DNA of 64,000 nucleotides from Eledone cirrhosa (GCA_964016885.1 OZ024758.1:18166001-18230000), one strand, 5' to 3'; counted from the first letter of the stretch, positions 40,974 to 54,215 are shown. Notes: generated by a model not told the origin, from the letters alone. Made by a program: numbers and translations.

Positions 40974-43027
40974 GTAGAGGGTTGGACGCCATACTTTCTA
41001 GCATAGTTACGTCCCTTTATGATCTGAGTTCAAATCCTCCCGAGGTTAACTTTGCTTTCGTCCTTAGGGGTTCGATAAAATAAATCACCAGCAACGTACT
41101 GGAGTCGATTTGATCGACTTTCCCCTCTTCCAAAATTACTGGCCTTGTGCCTATATTAGAAATCATTATTATTAGTAGAGGACTGGCAGTATCGGTAGAG
41201 GGTCGGACGCCATGCTTTCCAGCATAGTTACGTCCCTTTACGATCTGAGTTCAAATCCCGCCGAGGTTGACTTTGCCTTTCATCTTTACAGGGTCGATAA
41301 AATAAAGTACCAGTAATGCACTGGATAATTGCTGGCCTTGTGCCTAACGTAGAAACAATTATTATTAGTAGAGGGTTGGACGCTATCCTTTCTAGCCATG
41401 ACCCTTTATGATCTGATTTCAAAACTTCCCGAGGTTAACTTTGCCTTTCTTCCTTACGGGCCCGATAAAATAAAGTACCAGTAATGTACTGGGTTTTAAT
41501 GGCCTTGTGCCAAAAAAGTAGGTCGATTGTCAAAATCGGTAGTGTGGTGGACACCATGCGTTGCAGCATAGAGTAATGACCCTTTGCGTTATGATTTTAA
41601 ATCCTACCAAAGTTAGCTTTGCCTGTCATCCTAACGGAGTCGATAAAGAAAGATCCAGTAATGCTCTTTGGTCAATTTAATCGATTTTCCTTCCTCCAAA
41701 ATTGCTAGCCTTGTGCCTAACGTAGAAATAATTAGTCATGGCCCTTTACCTTTAAGTTGAAATCCCGCCAAGGTTAACTCTGCCTTTCATCCTTACGCGG
41801 TTGATAAAATAAAGTATCAGTAATGCACTGGGATAATTGCTGGCCTTTTGCGAAAAGTAGAAACAATTATCATTATTATTTTTAGTAGTAGTAGGGCGGT
41901 GGATTGACAGTATCGGTAGAGGGCCGGACGCCATGCTTTGACGCATAGAGTTATGGCCCTTGCCATCTGAGTTCAAATCCCGCCGAGGTTAACTTTACCT
42001 TTCATCCTTATGGGGTCGATAAAATAAAGTACCAGTAATACACTGGTGTTTGCTGGCCTTGTGCCAAAAGTAGAAACACTTATTATTATTATTATTAAAT
42101 TACTCTCCTTGTGCCTATACTAGAAATCATGAATTGGCAGTATTGATAGAGGGTTGGACGCCATGCTTTCTAGCACAGATGCGTCCCTTTACGGTCTGAG
42201 TTCAAATCCCACCGAGGTGTCGATAAAATAATGTACTAGTAATGTACTGGCCTGGTGCCAAAAGTAGAAACAATTATTATTATCAGATTGGCAGTATCGG
42301 TAGAGGGTCGGACGCCATGCTTTCCAGCATAGTTACGTCCCTTTACGATCTAAGTTCAAATCCCGCCGAGGTTGACTTTGCCTTTCATCCTCACCAGGGT
42401 CCATATAATAAAGTAATGTACTGGGTAATTGCTGGCCTGGTGCCAAAAGTAGAAACGATTATTATTATTCGATTGGCAGTATCGGTAGAGGGTCGGACGC
42501 CATGCTTTCCAGCATAGTTACGTCCCTTTACGATCTAAGTTCAAATCCCGCCGAGGTTGACTTTGCCTTTCATCCTCACCAGGGTCCATATAATAAAGTA
42601 ATGTACTGGGTAATTGCTGGCCTGGTGCCAAAAGTAGAAACGATTATTATTATTCGATTGGCAGTATCGGTAGAGGGTCGGACGCCATGCTTTCCAGCAT
42701 AGTTACGTCTCTTTACGAACTGAGTTCAAATCCCGGTGAGGTTAACTTTGCCTTTCATCCTCACGAGGGTCGATAAAATAAAGTAATGTACTGGGAAATT
42801 GCTAGCCTGGTGCCAAAAGTAGAAACAGTTATTATTATTAGATTGGCAGTATCGGTAGAGGGTCGGACGCCATGCTTTCCAGCATAGTTACGTCCCTTTA
42901 TGATCTGAGTTCAAATCCCGCCGAGGTTGACTTTGCCTTTCATCCTCACGAAGGTCCATACAATAAAGTAATGTACTGGGCAATTGCTGGCCTGGTGCCA
43001 AAAGTAGAAACAATTATTATTATTATT
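40974..43027 (+). mobile_element. Head-to-tail array of ~11 SINE copies; the last four are a homogeneous 185-bp tandem repeat
   Basis: TTGGCAGTATCGGTAGAGGGTCGGACGCC at 42288, 42473, 42658 and 42843, sharing the variant CCTCAC.AGG.TC. Confidence 0.9.
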
Positions 43028-43029
43028 AA

Positions 43030-43330
43030 TATTCATAAGGTTTTTGTTCTGGCAGATGTTATATCGACACTACACCAAATGATCGATCCTTAGCCAATGG
43101 CCAAAAGGTCCTTTGGGTCATTCTTTCTCCTCCATCTTTCCGACACCCTTCTTAGAATCCTTGCTGTTCTCAGCAATACTGTTATCTGCATACAATGGTA
43201 GTTCTTAGCTTCTCAAGCCATGTATCCAAAATCTAACTTTCCAAATTTTATTTCAATTGCTTCGTAAAATATGCCATGCTTCAGTTACAATTGGCAAGGA
43301 CATAACCTTGTCAACTACTTTTTTCAGCAC
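43030..43330 (-). mobile_element. R4/Dong-like (RLE) LINE 3' remnant
   Basis: The minus strand translates as ...PIVTEAW...QITVLLRTARILRRV, matching the P.V.GALG...Q...LLGTARILR.V C-terminus; (TAA)n tail. Confidence 0.6.
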
Positions 43331-43836
43331 TTGAAAATCTATAATTCAAGTCAGTATAAAATGATACTTTCTTTTTTGCCATTTTCTGCTATCGAATTGA
43401 CAAGCTAGATCAATTATCAGACATTTTCTACTCCCAATAAACGCTTCTAATATCCGGTTTCTTTTCAGTGACATTCTTTTCCGTTCACTACAAAATGAAA
43501 ATGGCCAATGTACATATCTGTGCATGCAAAATCTTAAGTGAATCATTTCAGCTTATTATAATATCTAGACGTTTAGTATTCCATGTGCCATCCAGAACCA
43601 TGTCAGATCTATACTCATCAGATACCGTGTATATCCTGTATTTGCATGAACAATTTACTTTATGTATCAGCTTCTGTTGTTAACATCGATGAATCAATCA
43701 CTTATTTTCATACCCCTTTCATTAAAGAAACCAGTAGACTTAGATAGTATCTCTGCAGGTTATGTGGAATATTAGTTAAGAGTAATGTAGCAACAACAAT
43801 GTACAGATATATTAAATACGTGACGATGCTAGTGAC

Positions 43837-44172
43837 GGTGCATGGCTTAGTGGTGCGGGATTTCAATCGTGAGTGTGTAAGTTCAATTATTGGAATGGTT
43901 GATGGAATGTGTTCTTGAGCAACTCACTCTATTTCGGGTTGCTCCAGTTCACCCAGCGGTAGAAATGAGTTGTCACGTCACTGGTGCCAATCTGTATCGG
44001 CCTTTGTCTTTCCATTGATCATCTGTGGCGGGGAGAGGGGAGACTGGTTATACATTGGTAACTGTTGGTCTTCCACAAACAAACCTTCCCCAGAATTGTG
44101 CCTCGGAGGGGGCAACTTTCTAGGTGCAAATCCCATGGGCATTCGTGACCAAAGCGGGTATTACCCTCTTTT
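43837..44172 (+). mobile_element. tRNA-headed SINE with CORE-like domain and a long 3' region (third family)
   Basis: TGGCTTAGTGG A-box, AGTTCAATT B-box remnant, TGTGTTCTTGAGCAA..CACT..TTGCTCCAGTTCACCCAGC. Confidence 0.65.
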
Positions 44173-45247
44173 TACTATTGAACATAATCCAGCAAATACA
44201 AGCAAAACTTAAATTGTTGAAATGAAACCAATCTTGGTTAAAGGTGAAATATTTCAAACACTCCACTTATGTTCTATCTAGATCTAATCTAATTACGTAA
44301 CATGTTAAATAGACCTTCTCCCGGATACAAATGTTGGTAAAGCACGATCAATTCTTATGTTCTTCAACTCAGACAGCAAAAGAAAAATATAGAAACACTG
44401 CTATATAATTTGCAAGAATCTAATAAAGGAATTGGTATGATATTTGGATTAATATGATACACCAAGCCATACAGGGGTAACATAAATTAGTGATGAGATT
44501 ACACCAAACCCAGACTTAAAATGGTTAGGAATCAACGCGCGAGACAGAAAAAAAACACAGAAAAATTGAAAGCAACGATCTGCAGTGGTATATATGCATT
44601 AAATTAATACTTAATACAGCGCTACATGCATAAAAATATGTTAATAGGTCACCATACTTTGTCTGTATTAGTAATAATTTATAGTTATAATATTCGCAAA
44701 TGGACGTTAAATGAATTAGCTATACTAGACCGCAGACCATGGAAAATCAATGACTCTATTTAGATTGCAAATCTGACAGAAATATGGTTTTCTTTTCACA
44801 GAAACAGGGAGAAGGGAACTTCGTGCAACTGGCAAATTATTATGAAATATCCATGGCATGGAAGCACTGTGAACATATCTAGTAAAAAATTAATGGAGAG
44901 CTAATAAAAATAGGTTCAAAACAAGAAGAAATAATAAAATAGTTTTCTGTCTGCAAGAAGCTAAGTATTGCAAGTGAGACTGGAATGGCAGACGCTTGTG
45001 AGATAAAATGCGACGCAGTATAAACTTTGAAAAAAGTTAAAATCAAAAAACTAAATATAGGCTTGCAAAATGTAAATCTACTGCGATGCTACTAAAACCT
45101 CTGTATAATCCAATCCGCCCATATAGACAAAAATAAAATACCATACTTAGTGAAAAAGAGTGCTAAAAGCTGCAAATAAAATATACTTGAGCGTGGTACA
45201 TTATAAGACACGTCGTAACAGATACCACCAATAGGAAATAATTGTTT

Positions 45248-45745
45248 CATGGCGTCCAACCCTCTACCGATACTGCCAATTCATGATTTCTAGTATAGGC
45301 ACAAGGAGAGTATTTTAATAATAATAATAATAATTGTTTCTACTTTTGGCACAAGGCCAGCAAATCACCAGTGTATTACTGGTACTTTATTTTATCGACC
45401 CCATAAGGATGAAAGGTAAAGTTAACCTCGGCGGGATTTGAACTCAGAATGGCAAGGGCCGTAACTCTATGCGTCAAAGCATGGCGTCCGATCCTCTACC
45501 GATACTGCCACTCCACCGTCCAATAATGAATGAGAATATGTGATATAGCTACACAATTTATGGAGGTAACAAAATATTTTGGGGGATGGAAAAGTCAGTT
45601 AAATCGACACCCGTGTGATAAGATAAAGTACTGGTACTTTATGTTCCAGACCATGTAATGTTGGAAGGCAAAGCTAATCTGAAAATGTAAAGATCTGTAA
45701 CTACATACCGCTAAGCATGTTGCCCAACGCTCTACCGATACTGTG
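45248..45745 (-). mobile_element. SINE composite (inverted counterpart of 41897-42165) plus a degenerate copy
   Basis: 45248-45520 is the reverse complement of 41897-42165, including the linker ACTCTCCTTGTGCCTATACTAGAAATCATGAATTGGC. Confidence 0.85.
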
Positions 45746-45772
45746 AAGCTCACACTCGTATGTTGTCTAAAC

Positions 45773-45970
45773 CAGGCACGTCAGACATGCAGCCCTCTAC
45801 ACGTACTTCTGTGGCCCGTATAAAGGTTTTTACATCACGAGCATGTTTTATCTTCGTACAATTAGTTGTAATATGCCCAATTAGTTGTTGTGTGTGGCCT
45901 TCTGGGGACACATATGTGACCCACGTGACTCTCAAGGGACACTCAGTGCACCCTCAGTTTGACATGCCTG
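45773..45970. mobile_element. hAT-like MITE
   Basis: TIRs CAGGCACGTCAGAC / GTTTGACATGCCTG. TSD not clear. Confidence 0.55.
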
Positions 45971-47061
45971 CCCTGTACAATGACATTCGCTTTACAATTA
46001 TGATGTTTCGAGTTCGAATTCAATACTTGAAAGCTGTGGTTAATGTATTCTACAATAGAATTTAAGGGACTCTAGACATGGTATTGAATAAATCCCCACA
46101 GAGTCATATGATATAAGAGTGCAAACGTCTCAGCTTGGATAATTGATTTATATTTATGTTGGCAATCTTATGCTTTACATTCAACATTGATTTAAATAGC
46201 AATCATCAATAATCTCACTTAGGATTCTTTCTTCAGTTGTGTATATTGTTCTATTCTTAGTGAAATGTGTAAATCTTCGTGTACACTAATTATAGCAACT
46301 CTAGTATTTTAAACTAAATTTATTAAACTTTCTCATTTGAAAGTTGCCTTGCCAACTACAACCTTGTAATCTGGATCTCGTTTCACTTGTCACCTCTAAA
46401 TTACTATATTAATGAACTTAAAAAATGCTGTGTATCAGCTGATATGAGGATACTGCAATGCTTAATATGCAATGATATATAGTTAATTTAATGATTATTA
46501 ATGCAAATATATATACATCTACAGCATTTGTTTCAATTGATGGAATTATTCCCAATAAACTTCAGCAATAGTTACTTAAATATTTATATGAATATTTAAT
46601 TGTTACGTAAAGTTTAACCTTTCTCATAATCAGCGAAGCATTGTTTCTTACGATAAAAGTTTGGTTTTGTAGATTTTTAAAATAATACAAAAATTTACGA
46701 AATTGTTATTTTATTCAAGTTTAATCTTTCGGGAAAATACATTCGGTAAAATGTTTTTAGATTTTATCCAATGTTTTATTTTACTTTTAAAACTATTATT
46801 TGTCTAATGTTTCGTAAATTATTTATCATGCTTAATACACATTACAGTTCTTTCATTGGGGAAATTTTATAGGATAATCTCAGTGTTTTATTCTCTCTAT
46901 AAAATATCTTTTCACTACATATTTCTCTGATATAAGTTCATAAATCAGAGCAATATACAATATAGACACATCAGATAAACACCATTTCAGCATCCTCATC
47001 ACTTATATATATATATATATATATTGTGTGTGTGAGTTTGTATCTATCTCTCTCTCTTTCA

Positions 47062-47117
<56 letters not shown>

Positions 47118-47307
47118 GTAGATAAATCTACCAAAATATAGGGTCGTGTCAAATCCGTATGAAGAACTCAATGTAATCCAAATATCATGAAAAGAGAAGA
47201 TGTATTCAACATTTTTTCGATGGAAAACACAGGAAAACAGAGTCAAGATAAATTAATAAAAATAATGAATAAAAACAAATAAACAATTCCTTATATTAAA
47301 AAATTCA

Positions 47308-47439
47308 TCATTTTACGATCGTTTCTAGGATATATATGTGTGTGTTGGTATGTATATCATATAGATCTATGTAAACATTTTACAAACTATCAGAGGGAAT
47401 ATACATACCTACACATATGTATGCTGTCTTCAGAAATAA
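47308..47439 (-). ncRNA. Type-I hammerhead with long stem II (family E, copy 2)
   Basis: Minus strand TTATTT-CTGAAGA-[long hairpin]-GAAA-CGATCG-TA-AAATGA. Homology to 637-826 extends over about 47257-47440. Confidence 0.8.
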
Positions 47440-47562
47440 TAATTATTGCGTATGTGCATGCATGTGTGTGTGAGAGAGAGATGTAGTTGGTGTATATATG
47501 TATAAAATGTGTGTAATGTTGAGAGGAATTATTGATCAATTTACCAAAATGATATAATATAT

Positions 47563-47750
47563 AATTTTTTCTACATTTGGCACAAGGAAAGCAATTAACC
47601 AGTGTATTACTGGTACTTTATTTTATCGTCCCCGTAAGGATTAAAGGCAAATTAACCTCGGCGGAATTTGAACTCAGAATGGAAAGGGCCGTAACTCTTT
47701 ACGTCAAAGCATAACGTCCGACCCTCTACCGATACTGCCAATCCACCGCC
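47563..47750 (-). mobile_element. Major SINE copy with TSD
   Basis: AATGATATAATATATA occurs on both sides. Confidence 0.9.
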
Positions 47751-48329
47751 TAATGATATAATATATAATAACACATAGTTGATGGTGACTTACACGCAAT
47801 ACCTCATAAATGCGCACACACACTCACACCCTCACACATGTCCCATACCATGTGTGGTATGCAGCAACTGACATGCACATTATATTGCACTGTGCACAGT
47901 TGCCACATTAGATTTCTGGGGGGGGGGTACCTTGTTTAAGGGGTGGGAGGAGAAGCTGATTTTACAGATGTGGGTTTAAAACCAATTCAGGTTTCGGCAG
48001 GTGAGAAATGCCTCGGTGACTGTCATAAGATTGGTTGTTGCCCTCCTTTTGAAATATGAACTATGCTGGATATGTTTGAATTGTTAATGGATGTTTCCAC
48101 TATTATATATATATATTGGAATATATCAATCTCCCTTTAGATCATGAGTGGGCTACATGATTTGTAGTGTTTGGGAGAGACTATCATATCTTAGAGCCTA
48201 ATTACGGGTGTGTTAAATGATAGATCTATTGGCTACCCGCTATTTTAGTTCCCAATCCTAGTAGGCAAATGATAGCTTCATCAGTAATTGTGGTGGAGAC
48301 GTTAGTACGACTGTTGAAATGTTACTTAG

Positions 48330-50110
48330 CCCGTCTTTCCAGAATCTGTTTTTTTTTTTTCCTGGCAGCAGCTTCGTTCCACTTGCATTGAGGATCAAGT
48401 TCCAAATTCTGGATTATTTTTGTTTAAAAATGTTGTTTCATGATGTGAAAAACCTTTTTTACTTAGGAGTATGTTTCTACATATTAACTGTTTTGTTTTG
48501 ATAAGTTGACATCTACTTGTGAAACTGTTTTCCAGTGAGAATCAAATTCATGTCAGGAAAATTTTCGTTGGAGATTCCAGTTGATAGTTGTCACACTTCA
48601 CGTTTATGCGAAGCTGCTTTCTATATAGAATAGTTATTTTTTAACTTAAACAGTTTAGATGAGAGAAATTATTTCACTTAAGAATGAGAGAAATATCAGC
48701 TTTGTGGGGCTTCCACATGTCTTCCTATGGGGATTAAGTTCCTACCTGATATTTCCCCTTTGAGATAAATGATTCACCCCATAATTATTATTATATTGCA
48801 TACTTACCTTTCAATCTGGGAAAAATGTTTTATTTCGTGACACAGGTTACACACTGTAAAACCGTTCCCTTTAAGTAGCAGAATTCAGGCTGGGAAAGAT
48901 TTGAGATGCAGGAATCTTTCTCGTAAATATGTTTCCATTCAGAAACATATTTCAGAACGTTACAATGTGTTCTCTTGAGAAGCAGTCTCCCGTCTGGGAT
49001 TACTTGAATATTTAGAAGCTGTTTTCTTATGGATTGTAAAATTGATGAGATAGGAAGAATGAGTAAAACTCCATAACGTTTTGGCTTCGTTGGATTCGGT
49101 AATTTCCCTTTGAGGAACCGGTTTTCCCATGTAAAGTGCTGTGTTTGAGAAGGGAAGTTGAGCCTGTAAAATCATTTGAAATGTTTATCGTCTGACATAT
49201 ATTTGGCTTGTGAAAATTACTTCTTTTAAGATTGTCTTGTGACGTGTGAACTATATATTTCAGTTACAGTGTAAGCTTCAGGGTGAGAAAGTCCCTTCTT
49301 TTGAAGATCACTTTTTAGGTTCTGAAATGGTTTTCTTTGCGAAGCCGAGGAAATGTATTTTTTCTTGAAACTGATATACTGCTATTAAATTCGTTTCCAT
49401 TGAGATCCAGGTTTCTGTCACAGAATTTCTTTCTACATGAAGAAGGTTTCAGGCTGTAAAAATATTTTGCTTTGTTGATGTTTTTTCAGCCAGGAGGATT
49501 ATATTTCTTCATAAGCATGTCTTACTCCGTGATAATTTTTTCCGCTGAGAAACGGGTTTCAGCCATTGAAAAATAGTTGCTTTGGAAAAGCATGTTTCAG
49601 TCATAGGAATATTTATTTTTGAAAAGAAGGTTTCTGCCTCTTTCACATCAAACACACATTTTAGCTTATGAAAATATTTCCATATGAGAAACATGCTTCC
49701 ACTTGTGACAGGCTTGCCTTTGAAAACAAATTTTCAGTTCATAATTTTTCTTTCATTCGAGAATCAAATTTCACTTCCTGAAAATCTGTCTTTCAAAGCA
49801 CTTTTCAATATGTGCAAATATTTTCCTATGACACGAAGCTTGGGTAAATCGGTTTAAACCTGTAAAATAAATATCCCTTTAAAGAACATGTTTTAGCTGG
49901 GAAATATTTGGCTTTTTGAAATAAATTTCAGTTTGTGAAAAAATTGCAGAATCAGGTTTTAGCTCATAAAATATAAAATATTATTGAAAAACATGTTTCA
50001 TACACTGAAAATGATTTTTCTTTGCTGTGAAATTTTCAGATGGTGAAGTGCTTTTGCTTTGTGAAGAAGCTTTTAGCATGCAGTGAGTATTACTTTGAGA
50101 ACATGTAAAT
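48330..50110. repeat. Highly degenerate minisatellite, unit roughly 35-37 bp
   Basis: A recurring motif like GAGAA.CA.GTTTCAGCTTGTGAAAA.T.TTT.C.TTT, e.g. near 49441, 49548, 49585, 49686, 49883, 49948 and 49986. Confidence 0.6.
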
Positions 50111-50339
50111 GATTGTGCATTTGTATATTTTGTAATGCACTAAATAGCATAGTACACAAATCATACTGGAATATATGACATTTTCATGTTTTTCAACGCT
50201 ACTTGATTTATGACCCTGATCTTTGCTATTTGAGCTGGTAATATTTAGGAGGGTCTTTAAAAAGTAAACGGCTTTTTTGTAACATTATATATGTATATAT
50301 GTATATATATATGTATGTATGTATAGATTTATATATAAA

Positions 50340-50372
<33 letters not shown>

Positions 50373-50588
50373 ATTATACATATTTATTATTTATATACAT
50401 ATACATATATATGTATTATGTATATATGTATAATATATATATATATGTATGTGAGTATATGTATATATGTATAATATATTTATGTATATATATGTATGTA
50501 TATGTACATATATATGTATATATATGTGTATATATATATGTGTGTGTTTATATATATATATATATATAATTATTTAAATAACAGATTA

Positions 50589-50641
50589 AAGTTTAAGCAA
50601 AGAATCGCTGCTTTCACCCTAAACGTGATCTTCTGAAACTT
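50589..50641 (-). ncRNA. Hammerhead-like fold with CAGAAGA core (family B, second copy)
   Basis: Minus strand AAGTTT-CAGAAGA-tcacgtttagggt-GAAA-GCA..TGC-TT-AAACTT. Confidence 0.5.
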
Positions 50642-50708
50642 ATCCTTATCGAGCCCTCTTTGGATTTTAGTCGTCACATTTATTATTATTCCTACACACA
50701 CACACACG

Positions 50709-50756
<48 letters not shown>

Positions 50757-50761
<5 letters not shown>

Positions 50762-50904
50762 ACTAAAAATTAATTAACATATAAATATACATGAATAATC
50801 ACAGGAGATAATTTTTAGACGCGTGTAAAAATTAGACGCGTCTAAAAATTATCTCCTGTGATTATTAATGTACATTTATATGTTAATCAATTTCTAGTTA
50901 TTAT
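50757..50904. repeat. Palindrome centred on a duplicated GACGCGT motif
   Basis: AATAATCACAGGAGATAATTTTTAGACGCGT ... ACGCGTCTAAAAATTATCTCCTGTGATTATT; adjacent to (TA)n. Confidence 0.85.
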
Positions 50905-51022
50905 AAAATGCTCAGATTTATCTTGGAGCTTATTTTCCAGGCGATATGGCGCATGCCAGTATGACATGACACCCTCAATTTCGATTTAGATTAAATTCAT
51001 TTAATTTATCTTAATTTTGGAG

Positions 51023-51054
<32 letters not shown>

Positions 51055-51116
51055 GTGAGTTTTTTTTTACAAAATGAAAAATAACCGGGGTGTCCTATAC
51101 GAGTGAAAGTATAAAG

Positions 51117-52111
51117 AAAAAAAGATGAAATCAAAAAAATGCAACTGGAGTCTTATTTTTAAAAAAATATATATATATTTATTTGGTTCCTTTATCGGTT
51201 TCGCAGTTCTTCTGCTTTTCAAAATTAGAGTTAAGATGGAGCGTCTGTGGTTTTTCTCACATCTGGTTGGTCTCTGAATGTTACTTGTTTTATATGGAAA
51301 ATGTGGCTCGAAATGCCAGGTTTTTCGAGAAGTAATTTGATTGGTTGGTCAATAATTATAATAAATTTCTCGCCAGTTCGCGTTACAAAGTTCTTCAAAC
51401 AAGAGGGTGGGGGTGTCACAGGTTGTTTTTTCATATATGAGTGTTTTAATTTATTTTTACTTGAAAAAAGGGCCTCACGAAGGCTTTTTTTAAATAAGCG
51501 TAATTTGATTGGTTATGAATGGAATTATGGCTGTCACGTGAACAAGTTTTCATTAAATTTTCGCTCCCTTATTTGGAAATCCATTCTATAGCCTTTTTAG
51601 AGAATTTTATGATAAGTAAAAGATAATGGTCAAGAGAAATGGGATGGGAGAATTGTTCTGGTTCAGTGAATATGGTTAGTTTGCTGGGGTGTCAGAATTC
51701 AGATTTTCTATTGAATAAAGAAAGTAAAGAAATGTATGTTTATTTGTGTGCTTGTGTGTATGTGTTTGAATTTCTTTTTACTTTTAAAAAAAGGGGGGTC
51801 ACAAAGGCTTTTTTTAATAAACGTAATTTGATTGTTTATAAATGAAATTATTGCTGTCACGTGAACAAGTTGTCATTAAATTTACGCGCACTTATTTGAA
51901 AATCTATTCTGTAGCCTTTTTAGAGAATTCTATGACAAGCAAAAGATAATGGTGAAGAGAAATGGGATGTGAGAAAAACCACAGACCCTCCATCTCAACT
52001 CTACTTTTGAAAAGCAGAAGAACTGCGAAACCGGTAAAGGAACCAAATAAATATATATATATTTTTTTAAAAATAAGACTCCAGTTGCATTTTCGATTTC
52101 GTCTTTTTTTC
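51117..52111. mobile_element. ~1-kb PLE-like element with ~145-bp inverted termini and an internal ~200-bp direct repeat
   Basis: 51117-51263 is the reverse complement of 51966-52111, and 51455-51653 repeats at 51777-51975. The arms hold a decayed HHR fold: CTT-TTGAAAA-GCAG aagaa CTGC-GAAA-CCGG-TA-AAG (52004-52039). Confidence 0.75.
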
Positions 52112-52208
<97 letters not shown>

Positions 52209-52254
52209 ATGTGTGTGTGTGTGTGTAAATATATATATATATATATATGTATAT

Positions 52255-52382
52255 ATCAAAGAAGAGAAATAGGAGGAAGGTAAACGGTTACAAAAGAATT
52301 TAATCCACGTATTAACAATTGTTAATACGGGAATTAAATTCTTTGGTAACTGTTTACCTTCGTCCTATTTCTCTTCTTTGAT
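52255..52382. repeat. Spacerless palindrome centred on AACAATTGTT
   Basis: ATCAAAGAAGAGAAATAGGA..CGTATTAACAATTGTTAATACG..TCCTATTTCTCTTCTTTGAT. Confidence 0.9.
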
Positions 52383-52509
52383 TACACTCCTCGATTGTTC
52401 GTGTTTCCACTACAGAATCCCTACCAACCTGTCGAGTCACCTTAACGTATGTTGAGAACTTTCCTCACAACTTGTTCTACCAAGCTTTGGAATACTCCTA
52501 ATATCTGAA

Positions 52510-52651
<142 letters not shown>

Positions 52652-53374
52652 TGTATCTATTCATAAGGTATAATACCACTTAGTGCAATTGATATATAAT
52701 CCATATTCGTTAATATCTATTTACATGCCGCTGTCGACAGAATAACGGGAATGTTGATGTTATTATGATAGCCTTAGGGATTCAATATAAGAATTTATTA
52801 TCATCGATATTATTTAAATTATTATTAAAACAATTTGTACTTCCCATCTGCTACAATTCGTAGCCTTTTTACATAAGTTTTGAGTAGCGTACACAACCAA
52901 ATTATCTTAAAGTATGTATTTTAGTCCATTCAAACTATGCCGATTGAACGGAAATGAAGTTTCCTATAACCATATTTATTATGCAAATCATCATATGTGC
53001 AATTATGTGCAATAGCAGTGTGATATATATTTTAGATAATTGTTCATGACCATTTCCATATTGCAGTAGATAAAGTATTTATAAAATTGTTAGGTGACAA
53101 CATTCTGGAATTCAATCATTTTTGATATTCTACCGTTCGCCCAACAAGACTACATATATGCAAACTAATCATACACTTTTAAATTCAGTTACAATTTCTT
53201 CAGAAAACAATCTCATTAATTTAATTGCCTGAGACAAAATGGTTTTATGCAAATTAGGAAAACCTGCCATTGTTAAGCTTTGAATTCTTCATAAATAATT
53301 CGACGAAGGAATGAAATAAATCTTTTTGTGGATCAGTAAAGAGAGGAGGGCATTGACAAGTTGTTCTCATGAAA

Positions 53375-53619
<245 letters not shown>

Positions 53620-53622
53620 TGA

Positions 53623-53772
<150 letters not shown>

Positions 53773-53779
53773 AAAGACA

Positions 53780-53998
53780 TGGCGTGTGTGGCTGAGTGGT
53801 TAGAGAATTTGATTCACAATGTTGATGTTGTGAGTTCGTTTCCTGGACCTAGTGATGCGTTATGTCCTTGGGCAAGACACTTTATTTCACGTTGCTCCTT
53901 CTACCTGGGGTTGTGACCGATAGATAATACTAGCAACTGAAAAGACCGACGGAAACATTGTTTTCCTCGGTTCGATTAGACGAAAGCCGATCGATCCT
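53780..53998 (+). mobile_element. Second SINE family, full length
   Basis: A-box TGGCTGAGTGG, B-box GAGTTCGTTTCC, CORE-like TGTCCTTGGGCAAGACACTT; homologous to 8075-8243. Confidence 0.8.
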
Positions 53999-54176
53999 AT
54001 ATATATGTCCATATAATGTTCTTTTCTGTTCAAAGCAACAACTGGACTGAGTAGCTTCTACTCAATGGATGGAACAATTATCACTGAAAAAAGCAAACTC
54101 TCACAATGATGATAAATGGCACATTCACCTAGATGCTGAGAAATTATCCTGAAGAAAACAGGGAGCACGTAAATCG

Positions 54177-54212
<36 letters not shown>

Positions 54213-54215
54213 AGA

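Noticed and set aside
42242-43093. Repeated ORFs [25 protein letters not shown]
   Set aside because: Incidental translation of tandem SINE copies.
43555-43630. HHR-like CTGATGA-GTAT...ATAC-TAAACGTC on the minus strand
   Set aside because: GAAA is mutated and stem I does not pair; cannot be supported.
46971-47005. GTGATGA-GGATGCT-GAAA on the minus strand next to a TA tract
   Set aside because: C3 is missing and stem III is weak; possibly a decayed HHR, but not supportable.
53780-53850. tRNA gene candidates at SINE heads
   Set aside because: A/B boxes are present, but there is no cloverleaf and each continues into a SINE body.
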